A DNA stretch of 64,000 nt from an uncultured Gammaproteobacteria bacterium (GTDB lineage Bacteria > Patescibacteriota > Patescibacteriia > UBA11705). Numbering within the stretch: the stretch's first letter is position 1; every line of letters begins with the position of its first letter. The translations under genes and the position numbers were made by a program. The DNA lies in NCBI GenBank assembly GCA_964413735.1, contig CAYPSS010000005.1, positions 4,398 through 68,397 on the forward strand, read 5' to 3'. Shown piece by piece: positions 9,145 to 17,602 of this stretch. The notes beneath the pieces are model-generated. The model was not told where the DNA came from. It searched no databases and saw only the letters and a program-made list of their open reading frames with translations.

Positions 9145-9447
9145 AATAAAAATTGGGTAAGTTTCGTGGTTATATTATACCTTGTTTAGGCCTGCATCGC
9201 AAGGCAAAATCTCATTGCAAAAAAGGCCTTGGTTTGTTATAATAATAGCGCTTACCCACAATCAATATAAATTATAACACGGGAAACGGGGTTCTGCCTC
9301 TCTTTGTCTGTTTGCGGCCAGAGATGGGGCAACAAACCTCCACAAACAGACACTCCCGTGTTTGCAACAGTGGGTAAGCAGGTTCTGCTGCCCCTTTTTT
9401 GTTTGTCTAAAAAGTCGGCGCAGTTTAATTATTAACTTATATAATTT

Positions 9448-10026
9448 ATGGCCGGCCTTTTCGCAATAATACTGCTTATAGCGTGTATTTTGCTCATCCT
9501 TGGGCTTATACAGCCCAAACTTGCCTTATACTGGGGCAAACACAAAAATCGTAAGCAAGTAGGAATAATTTACGGTTCACTCATCGCTGTATCCTTCATA
9601 GGCATCGGCATATTTGCACCTCCCGTTGAAAAAAAAGAATTGCCGAAAGAAGAAGAAAAACAACAAGTAGTTGATCAGCAAGTTCAAGTGTCCGTTGAAG
9701 ATAAACAGGAAGAACCTGAACAGATAAATCCAGAAGTAGAAAAGCTCGATGTGTGGGAGAAAATAATAATATCATTTGACGGGGGTTATTCCAAAAAAGA
9801 AATAAAAGAAAAAATGGATTTGGCAATGACCCTTTACGGGGTAGATCTTACTGATGAAAATTACAGCCGAACCGCAAGTTCGTTGATTTCTATGCGCCGG
9901 GAATATGGCTTCGAAGAAATGGAGATACTTAACTATGCAATATCTCTTTACACTCCAAAAGTTAAAATGACGTTGCCTGACGCAATCGGCATAGCAACTG
10001 CGGCTCTTGTGCAAGGAATAAAATAA
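9448..10026 (+). CDS. Hypothetical membrane-anchored protein
   Basis: 192 aa with two N-terminal TM helices, then a charged E/K/Q-rich linker and a C-terminal globular region. Confidence 0.45.
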   Translation: MAGLFAIILLIACILLILGLIQPKLALYWGKHKNRKQVGIIYGSLIAVSFIGIGIFAPPVEKKELPKEEEKQQVVDQQVQVSVEDKQEEPEQINPEVEKLDVWEKIIISFDGGYSKKEIKEKMDLAMTLYGVDLTDENYSRTASSLISMRREYGFEEMEILNYAISLYTPKVKMTLPDAIGIATAALVQGIK

Positions 10027-10101
10027 CAAAAACGCCGGCGAAAAGCCGGTTGTTTTTATACCCGATGAAAGGTATAATTATAGGCAAGAAGTGATGAAAC
10101 T

Positions 10102-10818
10102 ATGAAAGAAACAAGATCCTTTGCGCAGACACAGGAAAGATGGAAGCGCATTATCGAACACGACGTGTTCAAACACAATTTAGAGATTGTTAGGCAAGAT
10201 AAAGGCAAAATATCTTGGGCTGTTGCAGATACCCGAAAGAAACTAAATCTTTCTCCATATTGGGAGATGTTTTTTCTTCCTTTAAGTTTCGAATTAGGAT
10301 ACCCTATACCAAAAATCCGTCCGGCAGGTGCTTTGTATTTTAAGCCATTACTTGATCCAAAAACAGGGAAAATTATATACCCTGCGTTTATCTTTCCTGA
10401 AACCACAAAAAGAGATGTGTTGAGTTTTTATAAACGTTTTTGCAAAGTGAAGCGAGAAATAGGAAAAGAAGAAATACATCATCAAGGCAACTTGCCTTTA
10501 ATAAAAGCAGGAAAAGATATTATTACTCACAACTATTATTTTCAGGTTATACCGACCTCAAAGACAACACGGAAATCTATGTTAGAGGCATATTCAAATA
10601 TCTCAAAGTATTATGAGGCGTGCGGTCAAAAAGTCGTAAAAAGAAAATCGAGCAGACACGAAGAAGAATACCTTGCAAAGATGTTGTCCGAAGAAAAATA
10701 TACCTATTCTTATATAGCAAAAATTATTAACCAAAAAAGATCCAAGGATAACAGAATAGGCGTAGAAAATGTTTCATCTCTCATAAGGGGTGCAAAAAGA
10801 AAGCAAAAGAAACTCTAA
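10102..10818 (+). CDS. Hypothetical protein with a C-terminal HTH-like basic region (possible replication/regulatory protein of the element)
   Basis: 238 aa. The C-terminus '..YSYIAKIINQKRSKDNRIGVENVSSLIRGAKRKQKKL' resembles an HTH/DNA-binding tail. There is no firm family assignment. Confidence 0.4.
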   Translation: MKETRSFAQTQERWKRIIEHDVFKHNLEIVRQDKGKISWAVADTRKKLNLSPYWEMFFLPLSFELGYPIPKIRPAGALYFKPLLDPKTGKIIYPAFIFPETTKRDVLSFYKRFCKVKREIGKEEIHHQGNLPLIKAGKDIITHNYYFQVIPTSKTTRKSMLEAYSNISKYYEACGQKVVKRKSSRHEEEYLAKMLSEEKYTYSYIAKIINQKRSKDNRIGVENVSSLIRGAKRKQKKL

Positions 10819-10841
10819 AATGAACCCGCCAGAGGACTAAT

Positions 10842-11150
10842 TTGAACAATCAAAAAAATGATATGCTCATCACAGATAACGTGATGAGCTTTTTTATGAA
10901 AACAAAAATTGATGAAATTGAGTTTATTCCAGTAAAGCCCAAAAACGGCCTAATAGGTTTCGTTTCTTTTGTGCTTGATGAAAAGCTGTATTGCAGTTCT
11001 ATCGGCGTGCATACGAGGCCACAAGGCGGTATACGGCTTGTCTGGCCTCTGACAAGAACCGGAATGAAGGCAGTTTACCCGATTTCAAAGGAGCTATATT
11101 TTGAGACAGAAATTGCCGTAGCAGATAAAGTTCAAAGTTTTTTACAATAG
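10842..11150 (+). CDS. SpoVG-like protein
   Basis: 102 aa. The pattern 'IDEIEFIPVKPKNGLIGFVSFVLDEKLYCSSIGVHTRPQGGIRLVWPLTR...KAVYPISKE' parallels the SpoVG consensus (V.V.......GL.A.AS...D..F.V..I.V....GLFVAMPS.R...G...D.AHPI). Phage-borne SpoVG homologues are known. Confidence 0.4.
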   Translation: MNNQKNDMLITDNVMSFFMKTKIDEIEFIPVKPKNGLIGFVSFVLDEKLYCSSIGVHTRPQGGIRLVWPLTRTGMKAVYPISKELYFETEIAVADKVQSFLQ

Positions 11151-11405
11151 ACAGCCAAGACCGGCTTTTTAGTGGAGATCCGGGATAACAACTTAACCCT
11201 ACCGACAGTGCTTTACGCACGGGAGAGATAACTCGCTATGAAGGGCATAGCGGGGACAGATTGGCGGGCAGATCAATGTGGGAGCTACGCAGGCGTGCGT
11301 CTCCCGACCTAATCTGTTCGGCAGTTTTCTAACTTTAAGATTGTCTGCCTTACATAAGCTAATAATAGCTAAACAGGAAGTGTTTAGGGATCAAAACGCA
11401 TAAGT

Positions 11406-11618
11406 ATGACTATTGGTATTACAAAAAGTGAAAAAAATGTGCTGGGCGAGGAAAAGCCAAGAAACCACTATGATAGGCAATATCCGGCAGTAAGTTTTAG
11501 GATTGATCCAAAAACCAAGGAGATATTGCAATCAATAAAATCCGATCTTGGTAAAAGTTGGAACCAAACTTTCCTGCAACTTGCTCGTCTGTATAGCAAA
11601 AATCAAAAAGCTAAATAA
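11406..11618 (+). CDS. Small ribbon-helix-helix-like DNA-binding protein (candidate repressor or recombination directionality factor)
   Basis: 70 aa. 'AVSFRIDPKTKEILQSIKSDLGKSWNQTFLQLARLY' fits the beta-strand + two-helix CopG/Arc pattern. It lies just upstream of the integrase. Confidence 0.35.
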   Translation: MTIGITKSEKNVLGEEKPRNHYDRQYPAVSFRIDPKTKEILQSIKSDLGKSWNQTFLQLARLYSKNQKAK

Positions 11619-11633
11619 TTTTAATAAACGAAA

Positions 11634-11801
11634 ATGATCAGCCAAGCTCTAATACAAGAATTGAAGCAGATCCTCAAAGAAGAATACGGGGCTGATTTGA
11701 CTATGGAGCAAGTTTCAGAAATAGCGAACGGACAAGTCGCTTATTATCGCACGCTCGCTGAAATATACATTCGAGACAAACAAAAAATTGACAGTTCATA
11801 A
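11634..11801 (+). CDS. Small hypothetical protein (55 aa) absent from the ORF track (below its length cutoff)
   Basis: The uninterrupted reading ATG..TAA gives 'MISQALIQELKQILKEEYGADLTMEQVSEIANGQVAYYRTLAEIYIRDKQKIDSS'. It sits between the RHH gene and the integrase, with a TTGACA..TATAAT-like promoter for int immediately after it. Confidence 0.3.
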   Translation: MISQALIQELKQILKEEYGADLTMEQVSEIANGQVAYYRTLAEIYIRDKQKIDSS

Positions 11802-11858
11802 TCAAAATCTCTCCTTTAATTTAAGCAACTAATTTGATATAATTAACATAAGAAGTGT

Positions 11859-13481
11859 ATGAAACTACAAACACAACACAACCAAAAGCACTCTGTCATT
11901 TTGGCCAGAGTGTCGTCAAAAGAACAAGAAGAAACCGGATATTCTTTGCCAGCGCAGGAGAAATTGCTTCAAGATTATGCAGATAGAAAGCAGATGAACG
12001 TAAAAAAGGTTTTTTCGATAGCAGAGACAGCAAGCGGTTCAAAACAGCGTGAACAATTTTACGCTATGCTTGAATATGTCAAAAAACATAAAATCAACTG
12101 CATCCTTGTTGAGAAAGTAGACCGTCTGACAAGAAATATGCGTGATGCTCTCGTAGTCAATGAATGGATACAAGAAAATCCGAGCCACCAAGTCCATTTT
12201 GTGAAAAACAATCTTGTAGTAGACCAAAATACAAGATCCGACGATACTTTCAAATGGGACATCGAAGTTATTTTGGCAAAAAAGTATACTGCAAATCTTT
12301 CGGAAGAAGTAAAAAAAGGCCAAGAGGAAAAAATACAACAAGGCGGTTATCCTTCTCGTCCTCCTCTTGGATATAAGACAATCGGAGAAAAAGGCAGAAA
12401 GATGCACGTTATAAATCACGATATTGCGCCTTTAATCAGAAAGACCTTTGAATTGTATTCATCGGGTAATTATTCAGTAAAAGAATTAGTTAAAGTAATG
12501 AAGCGAGAGGGATTGCGAAACGAAAGCGGAAGCGAAGTTAAAAAAACTACAATGCACCGCCTTCTGACCAATCCATTTTACTACGGACAATTTAACTGGA
12601 ATGACAAGCTATGGGACGGCAAACACGAACCTATAATCACAAAGGAATTATTTGATCAGGTGAAAAGTAAACTCGAACGCAAAACTTCCAGTCCTACATA
12701 CAGAAAACATAATCCTGTTTTCAAGGCGGTTTTTCATTGCGGAGAATGTGGAAGCGTAATTAGCTGGGAAACACACAAAGGTCACTGGTATGGCTGTTGT
12801 AAGCATTACAAGCCCTGTTCTCAAAAAGGATCATTGCGGGAAGAAGATGTTGAAAAACAGCTTATGCCTCATTTTGATACGATTGCCCCGAAGAACGAAC
12901 GAGTTGTTAAGTGGCTCGAAAAAGCATTGAAGTCCGATCAAGCTGACGTCGTTGAAACCCACAACGCAAAAAAGAAAGAAATGAATGCCCAGATTGAAAG
13001 ATTGGACAGGCGTCTTGATGCAATGTATATGGACAAAATTGATCAGAAGATTGATTTGGATTATTACGAAAAGAAAAAACAGGAGTTTGAGGAGGAACGC
13101 AGTGCAATAAAAAGCGAACTCGCCAGATTGGATGACAGCAAAGCAGAATACTACGCAGTAGGAATTGCTATACACGAACTCGCACTTAAAGCGTGGAAGA
13201 TCTACAACAGCGAGAAAGCAACGATTGAAGAAAAGAGATTGCTTTTGAGCTATGTATTTTCGAACTCAACCATTAAAGAGCGAAAGTTAGCCATAAACTA
13301 CACTTTTGCCTTTGATTTTCTTCAAAATTGGATGCCGGCTGTAAATAAAACTTTCGAACCGGCAAAACTTGGCTTAACTAAAACAAAAAACACCTCTGAA
13401 AAAGAGATGTGTTCTGTTTGGCTCGGGGACAGGGATTCGAACCCCGATAGCCAGGACCAAAACCTGGAGTCCTACCATTAG
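11859..13481 (+). CDS. Large serine recombinase / serine integrase
   Basis: 540 aa. It has an N-terminal resolvase/invertase catalytic domain ('VILARVSSKEQEETGYSLPAQ', catalytic Ser), a recombinase domain, a zinc-ribbon Cys cluster (CGECGSV...CCKHYKPC) and a C-terminal coiled coil. The last ~20 codons are read from the complement of tRNA-Gln. Confidence 0.9.
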   Translation: MKLQTQHNQKHSVILARVSSKEQEETGYSLPAQEKLLQDYADRKQMNVKKVFSIAETASGSKQREQFYAMLEYVKKHKINCILVEKVDRLTRNMRDALVVNEWIQENPSHQVHFVKNNLVVDQNTRSDDTFKWDIEVILAKKYTANLSEEVKKGQEEKIQQGGYPSRPPLGYKTIGEKGRKMHVINHDIAPLIRKTFELYSSGNYSVKELVKVMKREGLRNESGSEVKKTTMHRLLTNPFYYGQFNWNDKLWDGKHEPIITKELFDQVKSKLERKTSSPTYRKHNPVFKAVFHCGECGSVISWETHKGHWYGCCKHYKPCSQKGSLREEDVEKQLMPHFDTIAPKNERVVKWLEKALKSDQADVVETHNAKKKEMNAQIERLDRRLDAMYMDKIDQKIDLDYYEKKKQEFEEERSAIKSELARLDDSKAEYYAVGIAIHELALKAWKIYNSEKATIEEKRLLLSYVFSNSTIKERKLAINYTFAFDFLQNWMPAVNKTFEPAKLGLTKTKNTSEKEMCSVWLGDRDSNPDSQDQNLESYH

Positions 13482-13492
13482 ACGATCCCCGA
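13419..13492 (-). tRNA. tRNA-Gln (anticodon UUG)
   Basis: The reverse complement folds as a cloverleaf. The acceptor stem is TCGGGGA/TCCCCGA. The D-arm is GTCT-AATGGTA-GGAC. The anticodon stem is CCAGG/CCTGG with loop TTTTGGT, giving anticodon TTG. The T-arm is CGGGG-TTCGAAT-CCCTG. The discriminator is G and CCA is encoded. Confidence 0.85.
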
Positions 13493-13535
13493 ATAATGTT
13501 TGAATTGTAAGGATCGTCGTTATAAGTCCATTACT

Positions 13536-13660
13536 TGTCCACCGTAGCTTTAGCGAAGGTGGAGCTAAGTTCACCGTAGCTTTAGCGAAGGTGAAACGAT
13601 CCCTGCCTACTCGTCTCGCCACACGGACGAAGCGGACCAGCAGGCAGACCTGTCCGACAA
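13536..13660. repeat. GC-rich structured region flanking tRNA-Gln. It contains a tandem 22-nt repeat (caccgtagctttagcgaaggtg, two copies) and a hairpin element homologous to 54750-54797.
   Basis: Copies of the 22-mer lie at 13540-13561 and 13571-13592. Segment 13591-13645 (ccctgcctactcgtctcgccacacggacgaagcggaccagcaggcagac) is about 85% identical to the reverse complement of 54752-54797. Long-range pairing GGATCGT/ACGATCC encloses the whole block. Confidence 0.6.
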
Positions 13661-13755
13661 AGCATCAAGCGAAGGCGGGCCTGAATAATCAAAATTGTAT
13701 AACCTTAGACTATCATAGATAAATACATTCGTCAATATCAAACTGGTGATATTTT

Positions 13756-14097
13756 TTGAAAAATGCTAAAATTAAACATATAATAAAAAATATGAAAAAA
13801 TCAACCCAAATTTTATTAATGACCCTAATTGTGGCCATTATTATCTTGATTATTGTGTTTTTCATCATTCCCCCCAAACAAACCACAGAAACACCGGCGG
13901 TCAATGACTTAGCCACTTCCTGTCAATCAGCCGGCGGTAATTGGATAGAACAATATCAAGAATGTGAAATGATTAATAATGATTGGTGTAAAGAAAATAA
14001 CGGTACTTTCAATGAATGCGCTTCCGCTTGTCGTCATGATTTGGAGGCGGAAATTTGCACTCTGCAATGTGTTTTTGTATGTGAGTTTAATCAATAA
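13756..14097 (+). CDS. Small Cys-rich secreted/membrane-anchored protein
   Basis: 113 aa with an N-terminal signal/TM helix, then a domain with 10 Cys residues (CQSAGGNW..CEMINNDWCKENNGTFNECASACRHDLEAEICTLQCVFVCEF). Confidence 0.45.
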   Translation: MKNAKIKHIIKNMKKSTQILLMTLIVAIIILIIVFFIIPPKQTTETPAVNDLATSCQSAGGNWIEQYQECEMINNDWCKENNGTFNECASACRHDLEAEICTLQCVFVCEFNQ

Positions 14098-14114
14098 ATT
14101 AAATAAGTAAATTT

Positions 14115-14546
14115 ATGACTGAAGAAAAAAATGTTATGGAAAAATCATTTGATGGCAGTGAACAATTACCCAAAATGGAAGAGAAAAAACTTTTAGATTC
14201 AGGGGAAATTACCATCAAAGAAATCAGTGAGCCACTCTTAAAAGCACGTGTCTGGATTTTAATTTTAGGGATAATCTCCATTATATCCGGCGTCGTAACT
14301 GTTTTGAGCATTACCGGAATTATTGTGGCCTGGCTCCCAATTTTATTGGGTGTATTTTTAATTCAATCTGCCGGTGAATTAAAAAAGTTTGAAGAAAACA
14401 AACAAGCCATCAACCTGGTCACCGCTATGGAAAAACTTAAAACTTACTTTAAGGTTTCCGCCATATCCACAATTGTTATTTTATCCATTATGATTTTATT
14501 TTTTTCTTTTCTTTATACTACCATTATTTCATTATTAAATAATTAA
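14115..14546 (+). CDS. Hypothetical membrane protein
   Basis: 143 aa with 3 predicted TM helices. Confidence 0.45.
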   Translation: MTEEKNVMEKSFDGSEQLPKMEEKKLLDSGEITIKEISEPLLKARVWILILGIISIISGVVTVLSITGIIVAWLPILLGVFLIQSAGELKKFEENKQAINLVTAMEKLKTYFKVSAISTIVILSIMILFFSFLYTTIISLLNN

Positions 14547-14557
14547 ACATAAATTCT

Positions 14558-14956
14558 ATGAAAGGTTATTGCCAAAATATCGAAAAATTAACCCTAGAAA
14601 ATGAAAATTTCCGTCAAATTATTTATACCGGAACCAAAAGTCAATTGGTATTAATGACTATCCAACCCGGCCAGGAAATTGGAACAGAGATTCATGATGA
14701 TCATGACCAATTTTTCCGAATTGAACAAGGCCAAGCCAAAGTGCAAATTGATGAAAATGAATATGAAGCAAAAGATGATTTTGCCATCATTGTTCCAGCC
14801 GGTGCCAAACATAATGTTATCAACACTTCAGAAACCGAAACATTGAAACTTTATACGATTTATTCGCCACCGGAACATCGCTATAATGTAGTTCATACCA
14901 CCAAAGAGCAAGCCCTAGCTGACGATGAACACTTTGACGGAACAACAACCGAATAA
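14558..14956 (+). CDS. Cupin-domain protein
   Basis: 132 aa. 'GTEIHDDHDQFFRIEQGQAKVQIDENEYEAKDDFAIIVPAGAKHNVIN' matches cupin motifs 1 and 2. Confidence 0.6.
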   Translation: MKGYCQNIEKLTLENENFRQIIYTGTKSQLVLMTIQPGQEIGTEIHDDHDQFFRIEQGQAKVQIDENEYEAKDDFAIIVPAGAKHNVINTSETETLKLYTIYSPPEHRYNVVHTTKEQALADDEHFDGTTTE

Positions 14957-15002
14957 TTGATTCAAACAAAAAAAGAGCCGATCAAAAAGCTCTTTTTTTA
15001 TA

Positions 15003-15380
15003 TTATAAAGATTTTCCGGCTAATAAAATACAGGCTTGCGCCTCATAATTCAAACCCCATTCTTTTACCAAATCGATTATTTGTTCATTAAAAGAACCAG
15101 GTTGAAACCAAACATTGTCCCAACCTAAATTTTTTACTTCACTTAAAATTAATAAAGTTATTTCCGGCGGAACAACAAAATTAATAATATCAGGCTTTTG
15201 CGGTAAATCCTGCAAACGAGCATAAGGCTTTAATCCTTGTATACAATCCGCTTTGCGATTAATGGGAAAAACCTTCACCCCCTTAGCTTTCAAAACTTGA
15301 ATAATTTTATAACCATATTTATCCGGATTATTTGAAGCACCAACCACAGCCACCACTTTATTTTTATCCAATAAAATCAT
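15003..15380 (-). CDS. CoA-binding-domain protein (YccU/YneT-like)
   Basis: 125 aa. 'VVAVVGASNNPDKYGYKIIQVLKAKGVKVFPINRK' is typical of CoA_binding_2. Confidence 0.7.
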   Translation of the reverse strand: MILLDKNKVVAVVGASNNPDKYGYKIIQVLKAKGVKVFPINRKADCIQGLKPYARLQDLPQKPDIINFVVPPEITLLILSEVKNLGWDNVWFQPGSFNEQIIDLVKEWGLNYEAQACILLAGKSL

Positions 15381-15382
15381 AA

Positions 15383-17026
15383 TTATAAATAATGTTTAAT
15401 TTGACTTTGCAATGATGCCGCAATAAAAGCATTAAACAATGGATGCCCCTTAATCGGACGAGACTTAAATTCCGGGTGAAATTGAGTAGCGACGAAAAAT
15501 GGATGATCGGGCAATTCAATGACTTCTACCAAACGATTGTCAGGTGAAGTGCCAGCAATCAGTAAACCGGCATTTTCCAATTTTTCTCGATACAAATTAT
15601 TAAATTCATAACGATGCCGATGACGCTCGGAAATATTCAAAGCATTATACGCTTTGGCCGAACGCGATTCCGGCTTTAGAACACAAGGGTAAGCACCCAA
15701 GCGCATCGTGGAACCATAATTTTTTTCCTCAATATTTTTCACTTGATCGTCCATAATATGAATGACCGGATCAGGTGTGCTTTCATTAACTTCCACACTA
15801 TTGGCCATATCCAGTCCAACTACATGACGCGCAAATTCGATAGTCGCCAATTGCATACCATAACATAAACCCAAAAATGGTATTTTATTTTCACGTAAAT
15901 ATCTAATGGCTTTAATTTTTCCTTCGACTCCACGATTACCAAATCCTCCGGGAACTATTACACCGGCATATTGACGCAATTCAATTAATTTCGCTTCATC
16001 ATTTTCATATTCTTCGGAGTTGAGCCAATCAATTTTCGGAATAACGTTATTCTTCCAACATGCATGTTTAACAGCTTCAATAACTGAAATATATGAATCC
16101 TTTAAAACAAAATCACCGGTTTTGAAATACTTCCCCACAATTCCGATTTTAATTTCTTTTTCCGCCCGTTTGATGGTATTTAATAAATATTCCCAATCTT
16201 GCAATCCCGGATTATCCATTTTTTCTGACCACCCGAAATGTTTAAGTAATAAATCACCCAATCGATCTTTCTCAAAATTTAAGGGCACTTCATAAATATA
16301 TTCAATATCAGGTGCGGAAATAATTTGATCTTTATAAACATTACCTTGAATAGCGATTTTTTTCTTTCGCACATCATCAAGGGGACGATCGGCTCGACAA
16401 ATCACAAAATCCGGTTGAATACCGGCGGAATTAAGGGTGCGAATCGCATATTGAGTTGGTTTGGTTTTCATTTCACCGATTTTTGACGGAATCGGCAAAT
16501 AAGACACCAAGACAAAAGCCACATCATGAGCATTATTCATTTTGAGCATTCGCGCCGCTTCCAAAAATAACATATTTTGATATTCTCCAACCGTCCCTCC
16601 AATTTCCACAATCGTAATTTCCGCTCGCGCCTTTTCCGCCGCTCTTTGAATACGACTGATAATTTCTTCCGGAATATGGGGCACCACTTCCACGCATCGT
16701 CCACCATATTCCAAGTTTCTTTCTTTTTCAATAACAGTCTTATAAACTCGTCCGGTAGTCATGTAGTTAATGGAATAAATGTTTTCATCCAAAAATCTTT
16801 CATAATTACCAATATCTTGATCGGTTTCATCACCATCTTCGGTCACAAAAACTTCTCCATGCTCAGTGGGATTCATGGTTCCGGCATCCACATTGATGTA
16901 TGGATCAATTTTCAAGGCCGTTACTCGATAACCTTTGCCTTTTAAAATTTTACCAATTGACGCGGCCGCAATCCCCTTTCCCACACCACTCATTACCCCT
17001 CCCACAACAAAAACATATTTAGACAT
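15383..17026 (-). CDS. pyrG: CTP synthase
   Basis: 547 aa. The N-terminal synthetase domain (VFVVGGVMSGVGKGIAAASIG) and the C-terminal class-I glutamine amidotransferase domain (GLCYGMQ, catalytic Cys/His) are both present. Confidence 0.95.
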   Translation of the reverse strand: MSKYVFVVGGVMSGVGKGIAAASIGKILKGKGYRVTALKIDPYINVDAGTMNPTEHGEVFVTEDGDETDQDIGNYERFLDENIYSINYMTTGRVYKTVIEKERNLEYGGRCVEVVPHIPEEIISRIQRAAEKARAEITIVEIGGTVGEYQNMLFLEAARMLKMNNAHDVAFVLVSYLPIPSKIGEMKTKPTQYAIRTLNSAGIQPDFVICRADRPLDDVRKKKIAIQGNVYKDQIISAPDIEYIYEVPLNFEKDRLGDLLLKHFGWSEKMDNPGLQDWEYLLNTIKRAEKEIKIGIVGKYFKTGDFVLKDSYISVIEAVKHACWKNNVIPKIDWLNSEEYENDEAKLIELRQYAGVIVPGGFGNRGVEGKIKAIRYLRENKIPFLGLCYGMQLATIEFARHVVGLDMANSVEVNESTPDPVIHIMDDQVKNIEEKNYGSTMRLGAYPCVLKPESRSAKAYNALNISERHRHRYEFNNLYREKLENAGLLIAGTSPDNRLVEVIELPDHPFFVATQFHPEFKSRPIKGHPLFNAFIAASLQSQIKHYL

Positions 17027-17029
17027 ATA

Positions 17030-17476
17030 TTAATGATTTGTTCGGGCATCAACATAAATGGTGACCGCCTCGGACAAAGATAAATTAATTATGATTGGAT
17101 ACACCCCACTTTTTTTAATCGGTTGTTCTAATTTGATTTGTTTTGCTTTAATGTTAAATCCTTTAAGTTGCAATTCGCGCGCTATTTTTTCCACCGTAAT
17201 CCCGGCAAAAAAAGTCCCATGTTCATCCGCTTTTTCCATTAATAACAAGGTATAATAATTCAAACGACTTAGCGGATTTTTTCTAGTTAATTCACCTTTA
17301 TTTTTTTGTTGTTGTTTTTGTGATTTTAATTGTTTGGCCAATTCAATATTTTTACCCGTTGCCGGTAAAGCGATTTTTTGGGGGATTAAATAATTAAGTC
17401 CATGCCCATTAGAAACATCCTTTGTATCCCCAATATTTCCCAACCCCATAACCGTTTTAATGAAAACCACTTTCAT
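17030..17476 (-). CDS. rplI: 50S ribosomal protein L9
   Basis: 148 aa. The N-terminal domain 'MKVVFIKTVMGLGNIGDTKDVSNGHGLNYLIPQKIALPATGKNIE' matches the bL9 consensus. Confidence 0.85.
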   Translation of the reverse strand: MKVVFIKTVMGLGNIGDTKDVSNGHGLNYLIPQKIALPATGKNIELAKQLKSQKQQQKNKGELTRKNPLSRLNYYTLLLMEKADEHGTFFAGITVEKIARELQLKGFNIKAKQIKLEQPIKKSGVYPIIINLSLSEAVTIYVDARTNH

Positions 17477-17602
17477 ATATTGAAAATTAATTTATTATTG
17501 TATTTTATCAAATTAAGCTGGATTTGCAAAACAAAAACTCTCCGTTTTGTGGAGAATTTTTGTTAAATAACAATTTAAGCAATTTATGGTAATTTTTGTC
17601 AA

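Larger units (their letters stand above)
4522..13438. mobile_element. Integrated genetic element (~8.9 kb) at tRNA-Gln. It is bounded by 22-bp direct repeats and carries a serine integrase, an R-M system and phage-like genes.
   Basis: Direct repeats of the tRNA 3' end lie at both ends. The large serine recombinase gene abuts and overlaps the intact tRNA. The cargo has phage-like content (terS-like, ClpP-fold protease, SpoVG-like, RHH). The element sits between chromosomal housekeeping genes (P-type ATPase; cupin/pyrG side). Confidence 0.6.

Noticed and set aside
11859-13481. Treating the tRNA-overlapping 3' end of the integrase ORF as an annotation error to be trimmed
   Set aside because: There is no in-frame stop before 13481. 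Integrase genes reading into their att/tRNA site are common. It is kept as called, with the overlap noted.
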